A stretch of 32,000 nt of DNA from Pirellula staleyi DSM 6068 (GTDB lineage Bacteria; Planctomycetota; Planctomycetia; Pirellulales; Pirellulaceae), in contig CP001848.1 of NCBI GenBank assembly GCA_000025185.1, positions 660,001 to 692,000 of the forward strand. Reading direction: 5' to 3'. The notes under the pieces are model-generated. The model was not told the origin of the DNA. It was given only the letters and a program-made list of their open reading frames with translations, and ran no database searches. Shown here piece after piece: positions 23,735 to 32,000 of the stretch (position 1 is the first letter of the stretch; every line of letters begins with the position of its first letter). A program made the position numbers and the translations under genes.

Positions 23735-23948
23735 GACCCGCTGCGGGCCGCCTGCTTGGCGCCCCAGCTTGCAGTCCATTTCCACTTACTCCACGTCTGC
23801 CGATTAACTGGCCCCCCTTCGAAACCTTCGTGAAGAGCACTGCTAGCTGCCGATAAACTTCCCGCAGTCGCTACGTCTTGCCATTTTTAGGCAGGGCGCG
23901 CTCTCGCAACGGCCAGCTCCCGGATCATCAGCTCCCCCGGATCAACCG

Positions 23949-24785
23949 ATGTCGCAAAAGCCAACTTCTGGCGATTCCCCCGCCACCAAAAGCGAACCTT
24001 CGATCGTTCGCTCGCTGGTGTCGCTGGCGATCGTCATCCATTTCATTTGCGTCGGCGTCGTGCTGGCCTCGAACCTGCGCCGCTCTCCCCTGCAGTCGCG
24101 TTTGGTCGACATCTTTGGGTCGTACACGCAGACCTTTAACTTCGACCCCGACTTCACCCCCTACTACTACACCTTCGGTCGCCCGATGGACGACGACTCG
24201 GTGATCGAGATCGATCTCTACCCCAGTGGAGACGAGCCTCTCGCCGGTCAAGAGAAGATCAAAACCGTGGTGCTTCCCGAAGCTGGTTCAGGCTTGCTGG
24301 GGGACAAGCAGCGGCACTTGGCTATTGCCCGGGTGCTGGCCTTTCATGCCATGCCCGACATCGAAGCGGTCGACGTGACGAGCGAAATCGCTAAGGCGGT
24401 GGGAGTTCGGGTCATGCTCGAGAACGGTGCCCGCCGTGCTGTGGTGCGGTGCGTGCAGCGGATGAGTCAGCCAGCCGATCTCGCCGATCTGCAGCCAGGA
24501 TTTCCTCCCAACGATCCCACAGCAGCCCCTTACAACGTCACCGTGTACGAAGCGGACGTGTGGATTCTCGAAAACGGAACCGCTGGCACGTTGCCTCGCG
24601 CCGCTCGTGGCGAAGTGGCCCCTGGTCGTACGCCTCCCCCGGCGTCGAGCAGCAGCGGAGCCCGTCCTAGCAGCACGCCTGCTCCTCCCAAAACCAGCGG
24701 CGGCAATAGCGGCAGCGACAGCAGTAGCAAATCCGCTCCCCCCGCCACTTCCAACACCTCCCCCAGCAGCGAACCAAAGAACTAA
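23949..24785 (+). CDS. Hypothetical single-pass membrane-anchored protein with an S/P-rich C-terminal tail
   Basis: ATG 23949. One TM segment (LVSLAIVIHFICVGVVLASNL), a domain of about 170 aa with no motif I recognise, then PPPASSSSGARPSSTPAPPKTSGGNSGSDSSSKSAPPATSNTSPSSEPKN. The stop lies 2 nt before the next start. Confidence 0.6.
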   Translation: MSQKPTSGDSPATKSEPSIVRSLVSLAIVIHFICVGVVLASNLRRSPLQSRLVDIFGSYTQTFNFDPDFTPYYYTFGRPMDDDSVIEIDLYPSGDEPLAGQEKIKTVVLPEAGSGLLGDKQRHLAIARVLAFHAMPDIEAVDVTSEIAKAVGVRVMLENGARRAVVRCVQRMSQPADLADLQPGFPPNDPTAAPYNVTVYEADVWILENGTAGTLPRAARGEVAPGRTPPPASSSSGARPSSTPAPPKTSGGNSGSDSSSKSAPPATSNTSPSSEPKN

Positions 24786-24787
24786 TC

Positions 24788-25750
24788 ATGGCAGCTGACG
24801 TGCGTAACTACTGGGAATCGCTGACGACTGAAATTGGCGAGACCTGGAATCGATTTTGGTTTTCCCCCACCGATCCGATCGCGCTGTCGACGCTGCGAAT
24901 CATCGTCGGCGCGGTGGCAACCCTCTATCTCGTGTCGTTCGTGCCGCAGCTCGATCACTGGCTCGGTCCACAGTCGATTTTGCCGGTCTCGAGCGTTCGT
25001 GTGGTGCTTGGTGAAGGGGTCGAAGAGCCGATTTTTCGGACGTCGTACCTCAATCTCGCCAGCAGTTCGACCGACGTGACGATCCTGCATCTGATCGCGA
25101 TGATCGCCGCGATTTGCCTGACGCTCGGTGTAGCCACACGCATCTCGTCGGTGGTGACGCTGATTGCTGTTCTCTCGACGATTCACCGCGTACCGATGAT
25201 CAGCAGCCAGCTCGAGCCGGTCCTCTCGCTGTTGCTCTTCTACCTCTGTTTGGCCCCGTGCGAAGCGATGGCTGTCGACGGCTGGCTCCTGAAGCGGCTC
25301 GGCTACACGAAATACCTGGAAACAGCGTCGTCGACGCGCACCGCCTGGGCCGGTGTGGTGACACGCATGATTCAAGTCCATTTGGCCATGTTCTATGCCA
25401 TGATGGTCACCACGAAGCTCAACGGCGAAGGTTGGTGGGATGGCAACAGCGTTTGGTTTTTGCTCGCGCAAACCCACTCGCGCCCGCTGGATCTCACGTT
25501 CCTGCGTGACTATATCTACGTGCTGAATGCCTGGACGCATGCCGTCGTCGCGTTCGAACTGAGCTACAGCGTGCTGATCTGGAATCGCCTCCTGCGGCCG
25601 ATCATCCTGGTCTGGAGCATCCTGATGTGGACGCTGCTGGCCCTGGCCACCGGCCTGTTCCTGTTCGCGATCACCATGATCATCGCTGGCCTGGTGTTTG
25701 TGGAACCTGCCACCGTGCGGCGCTGGCTCCGTCAGCCGGAACTCGCTTAG
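24788..25750 (+). CDS. HTTM-domain-like polytopic membrane protein (vitamin K-dependent gamma-carboxylase-related fold), tentative
   Basis: The N-terminus WNRFWFSPTDPIALSTLRIIVGAVATLYLVSFVPQLDHWLGPQSILP has the typical HTTM opening (w..fff.p.d...La.fRi.fG......). It has about 8 hydrophobic helices in 320 aa. The family call is by eye only. Confidence 0.55.
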   Translation: MAADVRNYWESLTTEIGETWNRFWFSPTDPIALSTLRIIVGAVATLYLVSFVPQLDHWLGPQSILPVSSVRVVLGEGVEEPIFRTSYLNLASSSTDVTILHLIAMIAAICLTLGVATRISSVVTLIAVLSTIHRVPMISSQLEPVLSLLLFYLCLAPCEAMAVDGWLLKRLGYTKYLETASSTRTAWAGVVTRMIQVHLAMFYAMMVTTKLNGEGWWDGNSVWFLLAQTHSRPLDLTFLRDYIYVLNAWTHAVVAFELSYSVLIWNRLLRPIILVWSILMWTLLALATGLFLFAITMIIAGLVFVEPATVRRWLRQPELA

Positions 25751-25881
25751 TTAAAAACACTCGGTCGCAACCGACGAGGGGCCTCCCCGCGACTCGCCTC
25801 TCGTCCCTCTCGTCGGCTACCGCTGCGAGCACTACACTACGGGAAGTCTCGGACCCCTCCGGCCCTTCGCTGCACTTCCCT

Positions 25882-27405
25882 ATGCCGCTTCGCAATCTGC
25901 TCGTCATTTTGCTCGCTGCTGCCGTCTCGATCGCCTGCTACTGGCGAGCGAGCCGCAATCGCTACGTCGATAACCTGACGCAAGCGATGAACCTCATCGA
26001 ATCGCAGTATGTCGACGAAGTCGAGCTACCCAAGCTCTACGAAGGGGCCATGGAAGGGATGGTCGATCAGCTCGACCCTTATAGCGGCTACACCAATCCG
26101 GCCGACTACGAAAAACTGCTCGAAGATCTCGATCAGGAGTTCGGTGGCATCGGCATTCAAGTGGAAGTGAAGCCCGACACCGGTCGGCTGACGGTGATGA
26201 ATCCCTTGCCGCGCACCCCTGCCTATGAAGCGGGGCTGAAAGCGGGCGATGTGATCCTCTCGATCGGTGGCCAAGATACCAAGTCGATGACCATCAACGA
26301 CGCGGTTCGTTTGATGCGCGGCAAACCGGGCGAACCAGTGACCATTGGTGTCTTGCAGCGCTCGAGCGACCGCCCGATCGAACTGACGATCAAACGCGCC
26401 ATCATTCCGATCGAGTCGGTTTACGGCGACCTGCGAAAAGCGGATGGCGACTGGACCTTCCGACTCGCTTCGCATCCTGAAATTGGCTACATCCGCATCG
26501 CTACATTTGGCGAACGAACGAGCGACGAACTGCGTGTGGCGATTGAATCGCTCCGCAGCGGCGAGCCCAAGCTCGCAAGTCTCGTGATCGATCTGCGCGG
26601 CAATGCGGGGGGACTACTCCGGGCCGCGATTGAAACCTGCGACATGTTCCTCAACGAAGGACGAATCGTCAGCACCAATGGTCGCGGCGATGTGCAGCTG
26701 AGTGCCTTCGACGCTTCAAGCGGGGTCGAGTTTCCGACCGAGTTGCCGATCGTGGTGCTGGTCGATCAGTACTCGGCATCGGCGAGCGAAATTGTTGCCG
26801 CTTGCTTGCAGGATCACGACCGCGCGGTGATCTGCGGCCAACGCTCGTGGGGAAAAGGAACGGTTCAGAATGTGATCGAACTTGGCTCGGGAAAAAATCG
26901 CTCGGCGATGCGTTTGACCGTGGCCCGCTACCAGCGACCCAGTGGCAAAAATATCCATAAAAAGACCGGCGCCGTCGATGCCGATGACTGGGGAGTGCGC
27001 CCTAATCCCAAGCTCGAAGTGAATCTCACCGATGCCCAGTTCGAGCAGCGTTTGGTGAACCGTCGCAGCCGCGATTTGCTCAGCGCCGAAGATGCCGCTG
27101 CTGGTAAGCCGACGAGCGAAACAGTGGCTGAAGCTTCGACCGATGTTCCCGCCACCATCGCGCCGCAAGGGGAAGAACCACCCTCGTCGACAGGTTCGTC
27201 GTCGGAGAGTGAAACGCCAAGCGACGCGACGAGCGAATCGCCGAGCGAAACCTCAGAGACCAAGCCTGCAGAGAACCAGCCCGCCGAAGAAACCCCTGCA
27301 GCATCGCCGAAAACGACCGACAAGCTTCCTACGCCCGATCCGTTTGCCATCGATCCGCAGCTTGCCAAAGCCATTGCCTATCTGCAATCGCTCGAAAAGA
27401 AATAG
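25882..27405 (+). CDS. ctp: S41 family C-terminal processing peptidase (Ctp/Prc-like) with a PDZ domain and an acidic S/T/E/P-rich tail
   Basis: Internal ATG 25882 gives MPLRNLLVILLAAAVSIACYW (signal or anchor). FGGIGIQV...TVMNPLPRTPAYEAGLKAGDVILSIGGQD is the PDZ domain. LVIDLRGNAGGLL, the catalytic-Ser context VLVDQYSASASEIVAACLQDH, and the Lys context RSWGKGTVQ are also present. The listed start at 25627 overlaps the previous gene. Confidence 0.85.
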   Translation: MPLRNLLVILLAAAVSIACYWRASRNRYVDNLTQAMNLIESQYVDEVELPKLYEGAMEGMVDQLDPYSGYTNPADYEKLLEDLDQEFGGIGIQVEVKPDTGRLTVMNPLPRTPAYEAGLKAGDVILSIGGQDTKSMTINDAVRLMRGKPGEPVTIGVLQRSSDRPIELTIKRAIIPIESVYGDLRKADGDWTFRLASHPEIGYIRIATFGERTSDELRVAIESLRSGEPKLASLVIDLRGNAGGLLRAAIETCDMFLNEGRIVSTNGRGDVQLSAFDASSGVEFPTELPIVVLVDQYSASASEIVAACLQDHDRAVICGQRSWGKGTVQNVIELGSGKNRSAMRLTVARYQRPSGKNIHKKTGAVDADDWGVRPNPKLEVNLTDAQFEQRLVNRRSRDLLSAEDAAAGKPTSETVAEASTDVPATIAPQGEEPPSSTGSSSESETPSDATSESPSETSETKPAENQPAEETPAASPKTTDKLPTPDPFAIDPQLAKAIAYLQSLEKK

Positions 27406-27460
27406 TGCGGCTGGTTGGCCGTGCTGTGCGAAGCTCAACACAGGCACCCGATGATTTCAG

Positions 27461-27482
27461 GAGCACGCACTTAAGCGTGCTT
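27461..27482. terminator. Hairpin in the convergent gap between the S41 peptidase and YbaK-like genes (possible bidirectional terminator)
   Basis: AGCACGC (27462-27468) pairs with GCGTGCT (27475-27481), with a 6-nt loop ACTTAA and one extra G-U pair outside. It overlaps the stop codon of the minus-strand gene. Flanking T/A-runs are weak. Confidence 0.35.
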
Positions 27483-27966
27483 AGCTCTTGGGCTCTTCAT
27501 CAGCGATGGCGATCACCGTGGGCTGCTCGACCCGTCGATATTCTTCAAACGCCAAGCGAATCGACACGCTGTGATCCCCTGCGTTGAAGTTGATTTCGGT
27601 CTCGCTGGCAAGCGCCACATCGCAGTAGGTTGTGAGGCCGAACAAACTGCCAAATGGTGGAATGCTCCCCGGCGCAAGCGACGTCAGGGCGAGAACTTCC
27701 TCGCGCGTTAGAAAACGCAAACTTTTGCCAAGCTTCTGCTGACGCACAAGCTTGCTCGAAAGCTTGCGGCTGGCAGGCATCACGAACATCACCACCCGAT
27801 CGTCGAGCTTGCAAATCAGCGCCTTGGCACCGCTCGAAAGGCTCGTGCCACGCACCGCCGCTGCTTCCTCGCTCGTGAAGACCGGCGCATGCTCCATCAC
27901 GGCATACTGGGCCGAGGCGGCATCGAGCTTGCTCCGCAATCGAGCAAGAATGGTCGAGTCTGACAT
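27481..27966 (-). CDS. YbaK/ProX-like aminoacyl-tRNA editing (deacylase) domain protein
   Basis: HAPVFTSEEAAAVRGTSLSSGAKALICKLDDRVVMFVMPASRKLS...LTREEVLALTSLAPGSIPPFGSLFGLTTYCD...INFNAGDHSVSI is the YbaK/EbsC-domain pattern. I take the start at ATG 27966 (MSDSTILARL); the listed ORF extends to 28038. Confidence 0.8.
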   Translation of the reverse strand: MSDSTILARLRSKLDAASAQYAVMEHAPVFTSEEAAAVRGTSLSSGAKALICKLDDRVVMFVMPASRKLSSKLVRQQKLGKSLRFLTREEVLALTSLAPGSIPPFGSLFGLTTYCDVALASETEINFNAGDHSVSIRLAFEEYRRVEQPTVIAIADEEPKS

Positions 27967-28763
27967 CAAGCGAGCTTTCTGAGCCGAAGATCGGGGGCCG
28001 ACTGCGGGGCGAGCGGCTGTCGCCAAGATACTGGCCACCCTCGCGCGGGCAAAGCGGCTGGCATAGGCGGGCCGATCTCTTCGCGTTCTTCTGCAACAGC
28101 AGCGAGTCTCGTGACCATAGGGTTCTGGGGGGTTTGCCTAGCGACCGGGCATGGCCGGGCGGAATTGGCTAAGGCGTAAGCAGTTAAGTCGATTCCCAGG
28201 CACGAGTTGCCAAACACGAGAGGCTCGGCAGACTCTCGGATGAAGATTTCCCACCGAGACGACAAAAAGTTCGCAAGTTTTTTCTTAGCAAACACTTAGA
28301 ACAACAAGACTGCCTCGCAGAGAGCCGGAGTAGTGCCTTGCAATTGGACGCAAAATGCGTACTTTGGGATCTTAGCCAAATTGTCGGCCCAAAGTTTGCC
28401 TATTCGCTACCAGATGAGGCCCCTCATGCCTCGCGATCTGGGAGGTTTTGGCAAACTTTACCGTGCGAGGCTGCAGCTGGAACTTCGCCCAGTGGAGGGA
28501 GGCAACCTTCCTGAGGGGGTCGATCGCAACGGTTCGAGGGCGATTTCGCACTCGAACTGGCCAAGTTTTTGGCAAGGTCGACCAATGGGTGGCGAATTCT
28601 AGTTGGGTCCAGCGGAAGCAGATGGCTTTGGCAGAGCGAGCCGCCCCTGGCAGCTCGAAACGATTCGATTTTCTGTCCAGGCGGACGACAAGCAGGATGG
28701 CTTCGGAGGACAGTAGCAGCAAGCACCACTCCCTTACCTAGAAACTGATCGCTTCCAGAGCAG

Positions 28764-28779
28764 AAAGGTTCGAACCTTT
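28764..28779. promoter_or_regulatory. Perfect 16-nt palindrome AAAGGTTCGAACCTTT 58 nt upstream of the next start codon (candidate operator)
   Basis: Exact self-complementarity read directly from the sequence. It lies in a non-coding gap of about 800 bp. Confidence 0.3.
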
Positions 28780-28836
28780 TCGCTCGCGGGTGCGTGAAGA
28801 GGGTGCGGACTGCTGGGGCGCGTTTAGTAGCACACT

Positions 28837-30600
28837 ATGAGTGAGTTTTTGATTTACTACCGAAAGGTCGATCCCACCACGTGGGCCTACCTTTCGTCGC
28901 TGCTCATGATCGGGTTGTACTTTAAGTTCAACCGGTTCTGGAGCGTGCGCAATCTCGATCTGGTGCTCCTCATCTTGCTGGCCCCTGGTCTGCTGATGGT
29001 GCACATGGGTCGTCAGCAGCGCCTCGCAGCAGCCGCTGCGATCGGCAGCGGCAAAAGCTCAATTCAATACGTCACCGTCGATCCGCCGATCATCGCGGCG
29101 CTCAAGCCGGTCACTTCTTCCGTCACCAGCAGCGCGCCAGCGATTGGCAACTCGGCCGAACTCCTTTCAGCCGCCGATGTTCCCGCGCTCCCTGCCACTG
29201 GCTCTTCCTCAAGCGAACCTACGTCGACGCAAGCAAGCGAAACTCCTGCGGAACCTTCCGTCGCCACTGCTGGTACAGAAACGCCACTCCCTTCCACAGC
29301 GGGTGGCGATAGTGGCACGACACTGAACTCGAGCACCGCCCCCGAAGCAGTGGCGCCCCTATCAGCCGGCGAATCGCTCGGCGCTACTCCCGAGAACGAA
29401 GCGGGAGCGAAAGAAACCAAAGAGAAAACCGCTTCCGCGCGCGGCCGCGCTACGGAATATGCCGGCTATCTCACCCTGTTTGGCGTGCTGCTCGTGCTGC
29501 TGGTGCGACTGCTGCTCGATCCCACGATGGTCCGCCGTCCGCTGCTCGAGCCCAATCTCACCAGCGGCGGTTTGCTGTTCCTCGGCTGTGCCCTCTTCCT
29601 GTTCTTGATGACCAACGTCATCAGCAGCAAATTGACCGCCGACGAACTACGTGGCGCACGAGGCGCTGAAGCACTGCTGACGCGTCACGATTCGGCCAGC
29701 AGCAGCGGCCAAACGCTCGAAGACTATCGTCGCCACGGACCGGGCTACAGCCTGCTGCATGTGCTGCCGAGCATCGCCACCATGCCGTTTGTGCACTCGG
29801 CCGACGAGCGCCAAGTGGTGGCCTATGCTCCCGCAGCTCGCACCATGGCGATCCTCGCGCATCTCGCCGTGGTCTCGGGGCTGATCATCATCGGCTATTG
29901 GCATTTTGAGAACATTAAGATGGGCATTGGCGCTGCCACGCTCTATCTGATGCTCCCCTACACCGCACAAATGACCGGTCACGTCGATCACGCTTTGCCC
30001 GCCGCACTATTGATGTGGGCCATCGTGTTTTATCGACGCCCCGCTGTCGCAGGTATTTTCATCGGCCTGGCGATGGGAGTGCTCTACTATCCGCTCTTCC
30101 TGCTGCCACTGTGGATCAGTTTCTACTGGCAACGTGGGGTGGGTCGATTCCTGGCAGGTGTGCTGAGCAGTCTGTCGGTGATCGCCCTCTCGCTGCTGTT
30201 TGTCTCCGAAGATTTTGCGAGCTACTGCACTCGTCTGCAGCAGATGTTTGGTCTCTGGATGCCTGTCACCAAGGGGCTCGATGGAATCTGGGGACTTGGC
30301 TGGGACCCCTACTATCGTTTGCCAGTGATTGCCGCCTGCGTGGCGATGAGTGGCGGCCTGGCGATTTGGCCAGCCCAGAAGAATCTCGGTACGCTCCTCA
30401 GCTGCAGCGCGGCGATGATGGTGGCGGTGCAGTTCTGGCACGGCTACGGCGGGGGTCTCTATCTGGCGTGGTTCCTGCCGCTGCTGCTCCTCACGATCTT
30501 CCGCCCGAACCTCGAAGATCGCGTCGCCCTGACGGTGCTGGGCGAAGGCTGGTTCATCCGCCGGCGAATGAAGCTGGCGCAGATCAATCGGGCTGCTTAA
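28837..30600 (+). CDS. Polytopic membrane protein of unknown function (possibly GT-C-like) with an S/T/A/P/E-rich loop of about 140 aa
   Basis: 587-aa ORF. Two N-terminal helices are followed by a low-complexity region (about nt 29014-29452), then at least 9 hydrophobic helices (e.g. HVDHALPAALLMWAIVFYRRPAVAGIFIGLAMGVLYYPLFLLPLWISFYW). The functional call rests on architecture only. Confidence 0.6.
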   Translation: MSEFLIYYRKVDPTTWAYLSSLLMIGLYFKFNRFWSVRNLDLVLLILLAPGLLMVHMGRQQRLAAAAAIGSGKSSIQYVTVDPPIIAALKPVTSSVTSSAPAIGNSAELLSAADVPALPATGSSSSEPTSTQASETPAEPSVATAGTETPLPSTAGGDSGTTLNSSTAPEAVAPLSAGESLGATPENEAGAKETKEKTASARGRATEYAGYLTLFGVLLVLLVRLLLDPTMVRRPLLEPNLTSGGLLFLGCALFLFLMTNVISSKLTADELRGARGAEALLTRHDSASSSGQTLEDYRRHGPGYSLLHVLPSIATMPFVHSADERQVVAYAPAARTMAILAHLAVVSGLIIIGYWHFENIKMGIGAATLYLMLPYTAQMTGHVDHALPAALLMWAIVFYRRPAVAGIFIGLAMGVLYYPLFLLPLWISFYWQRGVGRFLAGVLSSLSVIALSLLFVSEDFASYCTRLQQMFGLWMPVTKGLDGIWGLGWDPYYRLPVIAACVAMSGGLAIWPAQKNLGTLLSCSAAMMVAVQFWHGYGGGLYLAWFLPLLLLTIFRPNLEDRVALTVLGEGWFIRRRMKLAQINRAA

Positions 30601-31025
30601 CGCCGTCGCGACTCGCAGCAGAACCACCACTTCGTGTATCGATCCATGTCATTTGTTTTGGGTGCCACTGGCGTCTCCCCAGTGCCGAAGTTGGAACCGA
30701 TGCTTTGGGCGAAATCTGCCTAAAACCGTAGAGACCATCTACACTTCTCACCGGGCAGAGCCCAGTGGCACACTGGATTGCAGCCTGCTCCTTGCAGCAT
30801 GACATTGGTTGCTAGACGAAGTACTACCTCTGATGCGCGCCAGCATAGCGCGACAGCACCGACACGACTGCTACATGCGTTAATATGCGGGCAACTCGTA
30901 TAATCGATGAAGTTCCACTCGGTCCTCTGCCGACTTCTCATGGATACGCCCTCGTAGCATGTGCGCGCCTGTAGCTTTTGTGCGCCTCTGCGAGTGTCTC
31001 CTCCTTCTCGTGGCAGGTGATCGAC

Positions 31026-32000
31026 ATGAAACGCCTCCTTCGCCTTGGCTTGATCGTCGCCATCGCGCTTGCGGTCACCGCCTGCAGCAAGTCGTCCGAC
31101 AGCAAGACCACCACGCAGCGCCCCCTGACGTCCGATTCGGCAGCGTCGCAGCCAAGCAATCTGCCAGCACCAGTCGACGTCAGTCAAGAAACGCCCTCCG
31201 CGAGCGGAGCGAGCCCCTATCAGCCAGTGGAAGGCCCGTATCAAGCTGCCGAGAACCCAGTTCCCTACAGCGCGCCGGACTTGCCCGGTACTAGCGAGCC
31301 TTTCTCGACCACGCCACCAGCCACCGATCCCAGCAGCCCCGCGCCACTCGAACCGGTCACCGATTTTGCGCCGGGCCCGACCCTCAGTCCCGAGCTGAGC
31401 CCCCAGCCCACCCCTGAGCCAACCGGCAGCGGTGGGAGTTTTCCAGCGGCGGATAATCCAACCTACGCGCCGACAGCCGAGGCTCCAGCGATCGACCCTT
31501 CGATTCCACAGCTCGCTGCGCCTGACGAAACGATCACCGATCCAGCTCTGATCAATCCACTTCGCACGCTGAAGCGGAGCCGCTATGGCACCAGCGGAAC
31601 GGTGATCGAGCTCACGCCCCAAGCGGTGGTGCAAGACGCTCCAAGCGCGATCGACTCGGCTGATCCGCTCGCCGAAGCGCCCCGCATGGCGCAGCTGAAT
31701 CCGCTGCGCATTGGCCGCTCGATGGAGCCACGTAGCTTTGCTGGGGAATCGATTCCGCAGCTCCCCGGCAGTTCGTCCCCCGATGCCTCGATTCCAGAAT
31801 CTTCGGGCGATTCGGTTCCTGAAGGGACCTTCCCATCGCCTACCGACGGATCTCCCGAAGATCAGCCCGCCACCGAACCGCAACTGATCGAGCCCCCCAG
31901 CACCACGCCACCACCGGCAGGTTTGGCGATTGCACCCGAAGCAGCCATGCCCCCGCAAGCGCTCACGGCTCCCGCAATGTCACTGCCCCCACCTGCTCCA
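31026..32000 (+). CDS. Pro/Ser/Thr-rich lipoprotein, 3' end outside the window (absent from the supplied ORF track because it has no in-window stop)
   Basis: AGGTGA lies 6 nt before ATG 31026. MKRLLRLGLIVAIALAVTA|CSK is a textbook lipobox. The frame is open for all 325 codons to nt 32000, with mostly NNC/NNG third positions. The antisense 412-aa ORF (30720..31958) is R/G/W-rich, typical of a shadow frame. Confidence 0.6.
   Translation, partial: MKRLLRLGLIVAIALAVTACSKSSDSKTTTQRPLTSDSAASQPSNLPAPVDVSQETPSASGASPYQPVEGPYQAAENPVPYSAPDLPGTSEPFSTTPPATDPSSPAPLEPVTDFAPGPTLSPELSPQPTPEPTGSGGSFPAADNPTYAPTAEAPAIDPSIPQLAAPDETITDPALINPLRTLKRSRYGTSGTVIELTPQAVVQDAPSAIDSADPLAEAPRMAQLNPLRIGRSMEPRSFAGESIPQLPGSSSPDASIPESSGDSVPEGTFPSPTDGSPEDQPATEPQLIEPPSTTPPPAGLAIAPEAAMPPQALTAPAMSLPPPAP

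Noticed and set aside
23535-25750. Idea that the HTTM-like protein gamma-carboxylates the Glu-containing A/P/E tail of the Cys-rich protein
   Set aside because: A strong terminator and a 214-nt gap separate the genes. There is no propeptide-like recognition motif and no evidence beyond proximity.
28330-28640. TGGCA-containing words as sigma-54 (-24/-12) promoters
   Set aside because: None has a TTGC(A/T) element at the required spacing after GG-N10-GC.
28764-28779. T-arm-like element (AAAGG-TTCGAAC-CCTTT) as part of a tRNA or tRNA-like gene
   Set aside because: No complementary acceptor-stem partner exists at the required distance on either strand, and the best minus-strand option gives only 5 of 7 pairs in a 61-nt molecule. 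No D-arm or anticodon arm could be built.
30899-30904. TATAAT hexamer upstream of the terminal lipoprotein gene as a promoter
   Set aside because: There is no acceptable -35 (TGCGTT at 17-nt spacing) and no extended -10 TG. It is too weak to report as a feature.
30720-31958. 412-aa minus-strand ORF
   Set aside because: Its R/G/W-rich composition is the complement of Pro/Ala/Ser codons. The + strand frame has an SD and a lipobox signal peptide and stays open to the window end.
1-32000. Scan for CRISPR arrays, IS elements or transposases, integrases, toxin-antitoxin pairs, restriction-modification or other defence genes, rRNA and tRNA
   Set aside because: I recognised none. The only notable repeats are intragenic (the Cys-rich gene) or low-complexity coding tails. 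By eye the composition looks uniform apart from AT-richer intergenic gaps, so there is no sign of a mobile island.

Overview
High-GC chromosomal segment (about 58-60% by eye). The gene content resembles a Planctomycetota (Pirellulales-like) genome: prepilin-type proteins, DUF1080, an HTTM-like protein, many lipoproteins and S/T/P-rich tails. The taxon call is inference only. Left third (1-10084, + strand): the 3' end of a GspF/PilC platform gene, then an operon of five prepilin-type (pseudopilin) genes. All five are 2-5x larger than canonical ones, and the last is a 1647-aa GspK-like giant. Middle: housekeeping and envelope genes on both strands (tadA, DUF1080 protein, SDR epimerase, VanZ-like, 758-aa GT-C-like membrane protein, DHDPS-family lyase). 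It also holds a minus-strand operon: GT2, then a 580-aa BshC-like protein, then an Eis-like tandem GNAT. Right third: a lipoprotein, then an isolated gene bracketed by a promoter and terminators. That gene encodes a 143-aa Cys/Ser-rich repeat protein with a signal peptide (24 Cys in 88 aa). After it come a translationally coupled pair (membrane-anchored protein plus HTTM-like protein), an S41 C-terminal processing peptidase, a YbaK-like deacylase, a polytopic membrane protein, and a Pro-rich lipoprotein that runs off the window. I recognised no rRNA, tRNA, CRISPR array, transposase, integrase, phage gene or known defence gene. The three most noteworthy items are the oversized pseudopilus module with its giant tip protein, the exported metallothionein-like Cys-rich protein, and the GT2/BshC-like/GNAT operon (a possible low-molecular-weight-thiol-type pathway, speculative). 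All homology statements come from motif recognition by eye, not from searches.
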